Assembly: GCA_944369635.1 (NCBI GenBank)
Contig: CALVXL010000043.1
Location: forward strand, 1-26,434
Length of the DNA stretch: 26,434 nucleotides
Reading direction: 5' to 3'
Source: an uncultured Clostridia bacterium
GTDB lineage: Bacteria > Bacillota > Clostridia > Christensenellales > Borkfalkiaceae
The notes beneath the pieces were generated by a model. The model was not told the origin of the DNA, ran no database searches, and was given only the letters and a program-made list of their open reading frames with translations. Position 1 is the first letter of the stretch, and each line of letters begins with the position of its first letter. This document shows, piece by piece, positions 17,828-25,654 of the stretch. Both the position numbers and the translations under genes were made by a program.

Positions 17828-19402
17828 TTATTTGATAAGTCTCAAAAGATCGGGATTTTCCGCATTGATTTTGGTGAAGCGCTGCTGCATTTCAGCCGGC
17901 GTTTCCGTTTTATGGAAGAACTGTCCTTCCACATAACCGACGTCTTTCAATCCGCCGGCATACATGATCGGGTATTTCTGATTATTTGCGACCATATGGA
18001 AATCGTCGCCCATCGCTTCCTTGACCGACTCCGTAAAGCTGTTGAACACGAAATCGGTCGTATCGAACCCGTAAGGCATGCTGAGTCCCAACTGATCCAT
18101 GGTAAAGAGCGCCTGCGCGGTATCTCCGGCAACGAACTTCAAAAACTGTTCCGCAAGTTTATACTGCGCGCCGTTTTTGTTGAGCCGCGGTACAACCATG
18201 ACGTGCTGATCGGCCGTAACCTGCCCCGTATAACGCAGAACGGAAATGCGATCGTAATCCGCTTCGCTCACCCCCAAAGACGCGTTCCATTCTTCCTTTG
18301 CGTCCACAGCGGAAACGACATTTCTCAAGGTCTCTTCCGAAACGTTTTCCGTTTCCAGTGTTTCGGTTATGCTGGAAATGATGGGTATTTTCATAAAGCG
18401 TATGTCCACGCCCGCCTTTTCGATGTCGTCCTGCATTTCTTTATAGACCCAGTCGCCGTTGATCATAAATGCAGACTTGGTCGTATCGTCGCCGTAACCG
18501 AGCCCCAAAAAGACCCTCTGCGCCTGCTGAAAAGTCAGATAATCGCATTTATTGTAGGAATATCCGCCGTAATCTACCGCCATGTATATGGGATACAGAA
18601 CTTCCAGCGCGGCGAGCCTGCCGGGATCGTCGAACGTTTTATATAAATCTTCCTTCGTCTCGCTCTTTTTATAGGTGATCGAGCCGTCGGGATTGGTTTC
18701 GGGATAATAGCCGAGGTAATAATAGTCCCTGCGCTCGCCGGAATACTGATTCCAAAGCGTCTGGAACACGTTATTCGAATAACTGCCTTCCGTATACATG
18801 ACAAAAGGAGCTACGGTGCCGTTGCTCGTCGTCAGAACGTCTTCACAAAGTTCCAGCAATTCGTCCGTCGTGCGCGGCATGGAATAATTTCCTTCGCCGA
18901 AAACTTCGTCGAGGATCGTTTTGTTATAAACGAACCCGGCAAACCCCGTCGTCCACGGCATCTGATAAACCTTTCCGTCATCCGTTTCGTAGTATTCCCA
19001 GATGGATTGATTCATCCTCTCTTTCAGCGACACGTCATAACCTTCCTGTACGGAATTGAACACTTCGGAAAGATCGTATAAATATCCGTCGTTCTGATTT
19101 GCGAACATGGAATCTACCGATACGATGATGTCGGACGTATTCGCGGTGGAGCGCACGATGGCTTTGATGGCGTCGCGGTCGGTGGTTTCCGTGATTTTTA
19201 CCTTACAGTTCGTATACTCTTTTTCGTACGCCGCGGCAATATCGTAAAGCCACTGCACGCCGTAACCCGCTTTAAGAATTTTGATTTCCAGCGTTCCTTC
19301 GTAATATCCCTGTTCGTTCAGTTTTTCCGTATTTCGCTGATTACAAGCCGTCATTGTGAAAATTAAGACGACGCAAAGCAGGATACTGAGTAGTTTTTTC
19401 AT
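17828..19402 (-). CDS. Extracellular solute-binding lipoprotein of carbohydrate ABC-transporter type, 524 aa
   Basis: Lipobox MTA-C. SBP-like segments GYLYDLSE, GKVYQMPW, VYNKTIL, AFMINGDW and AEQFLKFV. RBS AGGAGG. Confidence 0.85.
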   Translation of the reverse strand: MKKLLSILLCVVLIFTMTACNQRNTEKLNEQGYYEGTLEIKILKAGYGVQWLYDIAAAYEKEYTNCKVKITETTDRDAIKAIVRSTANTSDIIVSVDSMFANQNDGYLYDLSEVFNSVQEGYDVSLKERMNQSIWEYYETDDGKVYQMPWTTGFAGFVYNKTILDEVFGEGNYSMPRTTDELLELCEDVLTTSNGTVAPFVMYTEGSYSNNVFQTLWNQYSGERRDYYYLGYYPETNPDGSITYKKSETKEDLYKTFDDPGRLAALEVLYPIYMAVDYGGYSYNKCDYLTFQQAQRVFLGLGYGDDTTKSAFMINGDWVYKEMQDDIEKAGVDIRFMKIPIISSITETLETENVSEETLRNVVSAVDAKEEWNASLGVSEADYDRISVLRYTGQVTADQHVMVVPRLNKNGAQYKLAEQFLKFVAGDTAQALFTMDQLGLSMPYGFDTTDFVFNSFTESVKEAMGDDFHMVANNQKYPIMYAGGLKDVGYVEGQFFHKTETPAEMQQRFTKINAENPDLLRLIK

Positions 19403-19520
19403 TTTTGCTCCTCCTTTTTCTGATTTTTTCGCGGCTCTTTGCTTTTTACCGCTTGCGCGGCGTTCTGCTGCGCCGCCAAAATCCTTTTACGATATCAAAA
19501 AGCGAACTTTCGGCGCATTT

Positions 19521-20387
19521 TTACAAAACGCCTTCTTTTTGCAGCGCGATTTTGATTTTCGCTTCATCCGCCGCCGTCAGTTTTCTGAACGGTCTGCGGG
19601 CGTGTCCGCACGGAATATCCATCAATGACAAAACGTATTTTATGCTTTCGATCAGGCCGCATTCGCACACACAACGCACGAGCTCGTTCACGCCGTGCTG
19701 TATTTTCAGGGCTTCTTTCATGCGATTGCCGTCGAAAAGCTCTTTGATTTTGATAAAATTTTTCACCATGAAGTTGAACGTGGAACCGATTCCGCCGTCC
19801 GCACCCGCCGCCAGCGCGGAAAGAAAATCTTCGTCCTTTCCCGAATAGACGATCTTCCCCGTATGCGAACGGATCTGTTCGAGAACGAAATAGTCGGTAT
19901 CGGTGAATTTTATGTATTCCACGCGATCGTCGGCAAGAAGCGTTTCCAGCTGCGAAACCGTAAAACCGTTGTTCGTAAGGTCGGGAATGTTATAGATCAT
20001 CATCGGCAATTTTGTCTTTCGCGCAAGGTCGTGGTAATACGCCGCGATTTCGTCAAACGAAAAGCGAAAGTAAAACGGCGGTACGCTGGAAACGGCGTTC
20101 GCGCCCGCTTTTTCCGCATGCGCGGCGAGCGTTTCCGCAGGGATTGAGCCGACCGTTCCGATATTTGCAATGACGAATGCCCCGTCCGCCGCCTTCACCA
20201 CGGTTTCGAGCGCGGCCATCCGCTCTTCCTCGCTCATCAAAAAACATTCCGCCGACGATCCGCCCGCGTAAATCCCGTCCGCACCGCTGTCCAGCACAAA
20301 GCGGACAAGCTTTTTCAAAGCTTCGTGATCCACGCTCTCGTCTTTTTTGAATGGCGTTACAACGGGCACTAAAATCTTGTTGTTCAT
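19521..20387 (-). CDS. nanA: N-acetylneuraminate lyase-like aldolase (DHDPS/NAL family), 288 aa (start moved to ATG 20387)
   Basis: VVTPF, GIYAGGSSAE, PPFYF, IYNIP, Schiff-base IKFTD and GADGGIGSTFN (a NanA-type signature). RBS GGAGGA and ATGA overlap with the upstream gene. Confidence 0.75.
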   Translation of the reverse strand: MNNKILVPVVTPFKKDESVDHEALKKLVRFVLDSGADGIYAGGSSAECFLMSEEERMAALETVVKAADGAFVIANIGTVGSIPAETLAAHAEKAGANAVSSVPPFYFRFSFDEIAAYYHDLARKTKLPMMIYNIPDLTNNGFTVSQLETLLADDRVEYIKFTDTDYFVLEQIRSHTGKIVYSGKDEDFLSALAAGADGGIGSTFNFMVKNFIKIKELFDGNRMKEALKIQHGVNELVRCVCECGLIESIKYVLSLMDIPCGHARRPFRKLTAADEAKIKIALQKEGVL

Positions 20388-21478
20388 AATTCCTCCTCGA
20401 TATTCCATTTCGTAAACCAAATCGCCTGTCCGCCCGTTTTTTCAGACCGCTGATAATAAACGGTCAAAATCTCTCCGTCGCACAGTTCCGCGCTCGCGGG
20501 GTATCCGAGATCCCATCCGTCCCCGTCCGAACGCAGAATGATTTCTTTGCTCCAACTCTTTCCGCCGTCTTCGCTGATGCGGGCGCGCTGTCCGAACGGC
20601 GCGATCCTGCGCCCGTACGTCAGCACGATTTTTCCGCTTTTTGTCAATAGCAGGTGCGGCGGCGAACCGTGAAATTCTTCTTCCCCCACGGGAATGCGCT
20701 CCGGCACGGAAAAACTTTTTCCGCCGTCTTCCGAATAACACTGATAGATGGAAAACAGCCCTTCTTTCTGCGCACGGATATGTACCAGTATTCTGCCGTC
20801 CGCAAGTTCCAGCGCATGCGGTTCGCAAAACAGCACGCCGTCTTCCTTTTCTTTCTTTGGCAAAGGGATCCAAACCGGATCGGAAAAGGAAACGCAATCC
20901 CCCGTCGAAATGCAGCCGATCCTGTTTTCCTCGTCGCATTCCGCCCCGGTAACGTCCTCATGGTAAAAATTCCGCCCCACGTAAAGCAGTTTTCCGCCGC
21001 GCGTTTGTGTGAACCCGTGCGGCGACGTTACGGGTAATTTCCCCCAATGCTGCAAATTGCAGTCGCCGTCGAATACCGCGTAAAGCGATCCGAAGTATTT
21101 TCCTTCGTCGGCGTCGGATACCGTGGCGAGATATTCGTCGATCAGCTTTCTTTCGGAAGGCGGATACTCCCATTTTTCCTCGCATTTTTTCTGAAACAGT
21201 CGGGTATTGTTGAACGTGGTCAGCACAAACCCGCCGCGAAACGGCGTGACGCCCGCGTCGCGATCGTCCAAAGGCGTGTCGAATAAGACAAAGGGTTTGC
21301 TCCAGCTTTTTCCGTCGTCTTTTGAAATACTTGCGGCAACTTTTCCGAACGGACACACATGTTTCATTCTGAAACCTGAGCTGACCGCGATCAGCCGTCC
21401 GTCACGCAATCTGGCGATGCTCGGCCACATGAAGTTCTTTTTTCTGCCTCTGCCGGACATCACTATTCCGTGTTCCAT
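20384..21478 (-). CDS. Cytoplasmic BNR/Asp-box beta-propeller, sialidase-like (GH33-related) protein, 364 aa
   Basis: Asp-boxes SKDDGKSWS, SEDGGKSFS and SEDGGKSWS. Also FCEP..EL, HIR and LGYP. No signal peptide, and no RIP motif (MWPS instead). Confidence 0.75.
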   Translation of the reverse strand: MEHGIVMSGRGRKKNFMWPSIARLRDGRLIAVSSGFRMKHVCPFGKVAASISKDDGKSWSKPFVLFDTPLDDRDAGVTPFRGGFVLTTFNNTRLFQKKCEEKWEYPPSERKLIDEYLATVSDADEGKYFGSLYAVFDGDCNLQHWGKLPVTSPHGFTQTRGGKLLYVGRNFYHEDVTGAECDEENRIGCISTGDCVSFSDPVWIPLPKKEKEDGVLFCEPHALELADGRILVHIRAQKEGLFSIYQCYSEDGGKSFSVPERIPVGEEEFHGSPPHLLLTKSGKIVLTYGRRIAPFGQRARISEDGGKSWSKEIILRSDGDGWDLGYPASAELCDGEILTVYYQRSEKTGGQAIWFTKWNIEEEL

Positions 21479-21510
21479 AAATCTCCTCCTGCCACGTGAT
21501 CAATTTAATC

Positions 21511-21566
21511 TTACATCACGATCGGGAAAGAATCCATAACAAAAGATGACCGAAAATATAACAAAA
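21511..21566 (-). promoter_or_regulatory. Putative activator-dependent promoter of the glycan operon, with direct repeats
   Basis: Minus-strand TTTTGTTAT occurs at 21558-21566 and 21536-21544 (22-bp spacing). The proximal copy overlaps a weak -35 TGGATT-17 bp-TAAGAT. A third copy is at 21719-21727. Confidence 0.45.
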
Positions 21567-21617
21567 CTGCTTTCTTTCTTTTCTGCCGCATTCCTCCGTT
21601 CGCCGAAAATATTTTCC

Positions 21618-21641
21618 GCCCGAAAACAACCGTTTTCGGGC
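21618..21641. terminator. 10-bp stem-loop (terminator-like on the plus strand, or an operator)
   Basis: gcccgaaaac-aacc-gttttcgggc followed by ttttt on the plus strand. Confidence 0.4.
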
Positions 21642-21727
21642 TTTTTACCGCTGCGTTTTTATTGTTTTGCGTTTATGCTTCCCGCATATACCGACGGCCG
21701 CATTTTGCTGATTATTTTATAACAAAA

Positions 21728-21759
21728 GGCGGACCTTTGCCGATCGGCAAAGGTCCGCC
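21728..21759 (-). terminator. Rho-independent terminator of the marR-MATE-kinase cluster; a perfect 32-bp palindrome
   Basis: ggcggacctttgccga|tcggcaaaggtccgcc followed by ttttgtt on the minus strand. Confidence 0.85.
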
Positions 21760-21810
21760 CGCTCGCATCGCTTTTTTATCCGCTTTCGCGAAAGCAATTT
21801 TCCGCCTTTT

Positions 21811-22386
21811 TCAATAAAGTTCTTTGACGATCTTTACGCACGCGTCGATTCCCAGCGTGCCGCTGTTCAGCGTAAGATCGTAATTCTGCGCCCGCCCCCA
21901 TTTCATATTGGTATAAAAACGGTGATACGCCGCGCGGCGCTTATCCTTATCTTTTATCCTCTGCTCGGGTGATTGCGCGCGTTCCCCGTACACATTTACT
22001 ATGCGAGCCGCGCGGAACGCCATGTCCGCGTGAATAAACACTTTCAGGCAATCCGCCGTTTCCCGAAGAATATAATCCGCACAACGCCCCACGATCACAC
22101 AGGACTCCTTTTCGGCGATTTCCGTTATGATCTTGCATTGTACGTTCCAAAGATAATCCTCGTTGTTCAATCCGAATGCCCGATTGGAAAGAAAGGATAA
22201 ATATCCGCCCGAACCGTATTCGTCGCATTCCTTGATATACTCCGTATTGAATCCGCTTTCCTTTGCTATTTTCCCGATGAGCTCGCTGTCGTAACAGGGG
22301 ATTTTCAATTCTTCCGCGACCTTTTTGCCGATCGTTCTTCCGCCGCTTCCGAATTCGCGGCTGATGGTGATGATTCTGTTTTTCAT
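21811..22386 (-). CDS. Cytidylate kinase-like family protein, 191 aa (start moved to ATG 22386)
   Basis: P-loop-like IITISREFGSGG, plus VIVGRCADYIL, D..R..Y and YDLTLNS. RBS GGAGG and ATGA overlap with the MATE stop. Confidence 0.9.
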   Translation of the reverse strand: MKNRIITISREFGSGGRTIGKKVAEELKIPCYDSELIGKIAKESGFNTEYIKECDEYGSGGYLSFLSNRAFGLNNEDYLWNVQCKIITEIAEKESCVIVGRCADYILRETADCLKVFIHADMAFRAARIVNVYGERAQSPEQRIKDKDKRRAAYHRFYTNMKWGRAQNYDLTLNSGTLGIDACVKIVKELY

Positions 22387-23792
22387 TCCGACCTCCCGTA
22401 ATTTTCTTTTTCGCATTCTTGCGCCGAATGCTTTAATTGTTTCATTTCATACATGATCAGGAAAAAGGACAGCACGAACGCCAGCGCGTCCGCGACGGGC
22501 CCCGACCAAAGTACGCCCGTCACCCCCATATAAATCGGCAAAATTATCGCTACGGGCACGAGAAAAACGATTTGCCGCGAAAGCGTTACAATCGCCGATT
22601 TGACGGGTTTTCCGATCGCCTGCAAATAGATCGCCGCCACCGTCTGGAATCCGTTCAGAGGACAAAGCATCAAAAAGATACGGAAACATTTGACGGCAAA
22701 TTCATTATACAGCCCTTCTTCCGATCCGAAAAGGTAGACGATGGCCATCGGCGCGAACTGAAAGATAAAAAAACAAATGACCGCAACGGTTTCCGCCGCG
22801 GCGATCGCGATCAGAAACGCCTTTTTCACGCGCGCAAAATTTTTACTGCCGTAATTGAACCCGATCACGGGCTGCGCCCCGATGGCGATGCCGACGAGAA
22901 CGGAAAGCATGATCTGATTGACTTTCATGACGATTCCCATCGCCGTCAAAGGGATTTCCGAACCGTATACGGACGTCGCGCCGTAATTTTTCAACAGGTT
23001 ATTGAACAGCACCATGACGATCGTTATGGCAATCTGCGTAATGAAACTGCTGACGCCCAGACTGTGAATGTTCCCGCAGATTCTCCCGCTCAGACGAAAC
23101 GCCGATTTGTTGAGCTGAATCGTTTTAAAACGGGGAATATAGACGACGGATACGATAAACGACGCAACCTGCCCCATTACGGTGGCAATGGCGGCGCCGC
23201 GCACCCCCATGCCGAACACAAAGATGAAGATCGGATCGAACACGGTATTGATCGCCGCGCCGAGCAACATGGAAAACATGGCGAATTTCGGGCTCCCGTC
23301 CACGCGGATCATGGCGTTGAGCGCAGTGGAAATCATCGTAAACGGCAGACCTATGGCTATAACGTACCCGTATTCCCGCGCATAATCGCGCAAGGCGTCC
23401 GTCGCCCCGAACAGCGTAAGGATCGGATCCATGAACGCCAGAAAGACGACCAGAATCAAAACCCCCGCGATCACCACCATCACGATGGAATTTGCCAAAC
23501 CTTTTTTCACGCTTTCCGCATCGCCTTTTCCGAGCTTCAGACTCAGGAACGCGGCGCCGCCGTCACCGATGAGAACGGCCAGCGCCAGCGCGATGATCGT
23601 GATGGGAAAGACGATGTTCGTCGCCCCGTTGCCGAGATACCCCACGCCCCATCCGATAAATATCTGGTCGACGATGTTGTAAAGCGCATTCACTACCAGC
23701 GAAATGACGCAGGGAACGGCAAACTTCACGATCAGTCTGCCGATCGGCTCCGTAGCAAAAATACTTTGCTTTTCTTCGGAATTTTCTTTCAT
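22383..23792 (-). CDS. MATE family efflux transporter (MepA-like), 469 aa
   Basis: IVKFAVP, LYNIVDQIFIG, RVDGSPK, NTVFDPIFIF, GVRGAAIAT, QPVIGFNYG and SRQIVFLVP; about 12 hydrophobic segments. Confidence 0.95.
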   Translation of the reverse strand: MKENSEEKQSIFATEPIGRLIVKFAVPCVISLVVNALYNIVDQIFIGWGVGYLGNGATNIVFPITIIALALAVLIGDGGAAFLSLKLGKGDAESVKKGLANSIVMVVIAGVLILVVFLAFMDPILTLFGATDALRDYAREYGYVIAIGLPFTMISTALNAMIRVDGSPKFAMFSMLLGAAINTVFDPIFIFVFGMGVRGAAIATVMGQVASFIVSVVYIPRFKTIQLNKSAFRLSGRICGNIHSLGVSSFITQIAITIVMVLFNNLLKNYGATSVYGSEIPLTAMGIVMKVNQIMLSVLVGIAIGAQPVIGFNYGSKNFARVKKAFLIAIAAAETVAVICFFIFQFAPMAIVYLFGSEEGLYNEFAVKCFRIFLMLCPLNGFQTVAAIYLQAIGKPVKSAIVTLSRQIVFLVPVAIILPIYMGVTGVLWSGPVADALAFVLSFFLIMYEMKQLKHSAQECEKENYGRSE

Positions 23793-23812
23793 TTTATACT
23801 TCTCCTTATTTT

Positions 23813-23828
23813 AAGTAACCTGTTACGT
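23813..23828. promoter_or_regulatory. Putative MarR operator upstream of MATE
   Basis: aagtaacctgttacgt (GTAAC-CT-GTTAC palindrome), 13/16 identical to the site at 24371. Confidence 0.65.
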
Positions 23829-23905
23829 ATTTGAGCAAAAAAGAAGGCAGCAGACGCAAAAACCTGAAAGCGCGCTGCCCGATTTTATTCTTTTGTGTGA
23901 AAAAT

Positions 23906-24346
23906 TCAATCTTGTTCGATGTTTTTCAATATCATGCCCGTCATTTTAAGATAGCTTTCCTTTTCCTCTTCCGAAAAATCTTTGCACAGCTCGGAAAAAA
24001 CCTCCTCGTCCTGCGCGAGGATGGTGTTATGTATCCCGCGGGATTTTTCGGTACTGGAAATCTTTTTGTAACGGCGGTCTTTCGTGCCGGGAAGACACAT
24101 GACAAAACCTTTGCGTTCGAGTTTCTGGATGAGCTTTGTCATGGCGGGATGCGTAACATGCTCTATTTTCTCCAGATCGTTCTGGTGGATTTCCGTCTCC
24201 CCCGCCGCCTCCAGACGGCTGATCGAGCCGAGAACCCTGAGCTGTACCGAAGTCAGCCCCATGGCGGACGCTTTTTCGTCCATCTTTTTTCGGAATGCGC
24301 GGTTGATAATGGCGATCTTCAACCCGAAAGGCATTTTTACAGACAT
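23906..24346 (-). CDS. MarR family transcriptional regulator, 146 aa (start moved to ATG 24346)
   Basis: GLTSVQLRVL, HQNDLEKIEHVTHPAMTKLIQKLERKGFV and DRRYKKI. RBS AAAGGAG. Confidence 0.93.
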   Translation of the reverse strand: MSVKMPFGLKIAIINRAFRKKMDEKASAMGLTSVQLRVLGSISRLEAAGETEIHQNDLEKIEHVTHPAMTKLIQKLERKGFVMCLPGTKDRRYKKISSTEKSRGIHNTILAQDEEVFSELCKDFSEEEKESYLKMTGMILKNIEQD

Positions 24347-24370
24347 CGTTTCGCTCCTTTTCATACAAAC

Positions 24371-24415
24371 AAGTAACTTATTACCTATTATATGTTTTTT
24401 AAGTGCGTTTGTCAA
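24371..24415 (-). promoter_or_regulatory. Consensus sigmaA promoter of marR with an overlapping operator
   Basis: Minus strand TTGACA(24410-24415)-17 bp-TATAAT(24387-24392). Operator aagtaacttattacct at 24371-24386 is immediately downstream of the -10. Confidence 0.85.
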
Positions 24416-24549
24416 CAAAAGCGCAGGCGTTTCAAAAATTTTCCGAAAGGATAAAAAGGCGCGCGGCGCACAACCTTTTTGCCGCAACAAAAAGTCAGTT
24501 TTTAAATTCGGAAAAAAGGACGTTACGGCAGAGATGTGCGGCGAATAAG

Positions 24550-24578
24550 TTGACGAAATGCAAAAATTATGTTATAAC
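24550..24578 (+). promoter_or_regulatory. SigmaA promoter of the dehydrogenase
   Basis: TTGACG(24550)-17 bp-TATAAC(24573) with extended TGn. Confidence 0.75.
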
Positions 24579-24610
24579 AATAGAAAATTGTCATGGAGGA
24601 CAGGATCAAT

Positions 24611-25561
24611 ATGGAAATCAAAAAAGTCGTCGTCGCCGGCGGCGGCGTTCTGGGCAGTCAGATCGCGTTTCAGGCGGCGTATTGCGGCTTTGACGTGACG
24701 ATCTGGTTGCGGAGCGAAGGCAGTATCACGCGCACGCAGCCGAAACTGGATCATCTGAAAGAAGCTTACACGGAAACCGTAAAACTGATGGCTTCGCCCG
24801 AAGGTAAAACGCCTGCAAACTGGGCGCGCGGCATCGCCGATTACGAAGATTTCGACGAAAAAAAATGCCTTGCTAAAGTAGAAAACGCCTATAAGAGCAT
24901 CAAACTCGAACTCGATTTGCAAAAAGCGGTGAAAGACGCCGACTTAGTGATCGAATCGATGGCTGAAAACGTCGATGAAAAAATCGCTTTCTATAAAAAA
25001 ATGGCGCCCTTTTTGCCCGAAAAAACCGTTATCGTAACCAATTCTTCCACGTTGTTGCCTTCTAAATTCGCCAAATCGACGGGAAGAAAAGAAAAATATC
25101 TTGCTCTGCATTTTGCAAACACGATCTGGAAAAACAACACGGCGGAAATCATGGCGCAAGCGGATACCGATAAAAAATATTTTGACCTTATCTGCGATTT
25201 TGCAAAAAATATCCGCATGATACCGCTGCCCGTCCGCAAGGAAAAATCGGGATACTTGCTCAATTCCATGTTGGTGCCCCTGTTGTTTTCGGCAATGGAT
25301 TTGTACGTCAACGGCGTTTCCGATCCCGAAAGCATAGACAAGGCCTGGACCTTAGGCACCGGCGCACCGAAAGGACCTTTCCGCATTCTCGATACCGTAG
25401 GCCTTACCACCGCTTACAACATCGTTCAAATGTATGTTAAGATCCCCTCTTTCCTTGCCCCTTACAACTTTAAAGGCATGGCGAAAATGCTGAAAAAATA
25501 CATCGACGAAGGCAAGCTCGGCATGTCCTCGGGCGAAGGTTTTTATAAGTATCAAAAATAA
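24611..25561 (+). CDS. 3-hydroxyacyl-CoA (3-hydroxybutyryl-CoA) dehydrogenase family protein, ~316 aa (start probably 24611; 24593 possible)
   Basis: Rossmann VVVAGGGVLGSQIA, DLVIESMAE, NSSTLLPS, LALHFAN (catalytic His), GYLLNS and GPFRILDTVGL. Confidence 0.92.
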   Translation: MEIKKVVVAGGGVLGSQIAFQAAYCGFDVTIWLRSEGSITRTQPKLDHLKEAYTETVKLMASPEGKTPANWARGIADYEDFDEKKCLAKVENAYKSIKLELDLQKAVKDADLVIESMAENVDEKIAFYKKMAPFLPEKTVIVTNSSTLLPSKFAKSTGRKEKYLALHFANTIWKNNTAEIMAQADTDKKYFDLICDFAKNIRMIPLPVRKEKSGYLLNSMLVPLLFSAMDLYVNGVSDPESIDKAWTLGTGAPKGPFRILDTVGLTTAYNIVQMYVKIPSFLAPYNFKGMAKMLKKYIDEGKLGMSSGEGFYKYQK

Positions 25562-25584
25562 TCGCTATATTAAGGAAAATCCTT

Positions 25585-25613
25585 CCGCCCCGCGGCAGAT
25601 TGCCGCGGGGCGG
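25585..25613. terminator. Stem-loop between convergent genes
   Basis: ccgccccgcggca-gat-tgccgcggggcgg, a perfect 13-bp GC-rich stem. Confidence 0.8.
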
Positions 25614-25654
25614 GTAATTTATTGATGTCGTTTCAAAAAATTATACTCTTAAGA

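Noticed and set aside
19457-19476. Hairpin gcggcg-ttctgctg-cgccgc between nanA and the SBP as a terminator
   Set aside because: The stem is only 6 bp with no U-tract on the coding strand; at most an mRNA-stabilising or processing element.
21511-21591. 26-aa ORF MRQKRKKAVLLYFRSSFVMDSFPIVM upstream of the operon (minus strand)
   Set aside because: GGAGGA directly abuts the ATG, too close for a functional RBS, and the ORF overlaps the predicted promoter.
22437-23834. 465-aa plus-strand ORF and other long antisense ORFs (7217-8470, 14856-15974, 11180-12094, 17822-18646, 4237-4998)
   Set aside because: They lie wholly opposite well-supported genes, have no RBS or recognisable motifs, and are typical shadow ORFs of GC-rich codon bias.
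1436-24490. Longest-ORF starts at 1436, 6003, 14701, 20420, 22416 and 24490 in the ORF track
   Set aside because: Downstream ATGs have clear RBSs, signal-peptide starts or ATGA overlaps, so the starts were reassigned.
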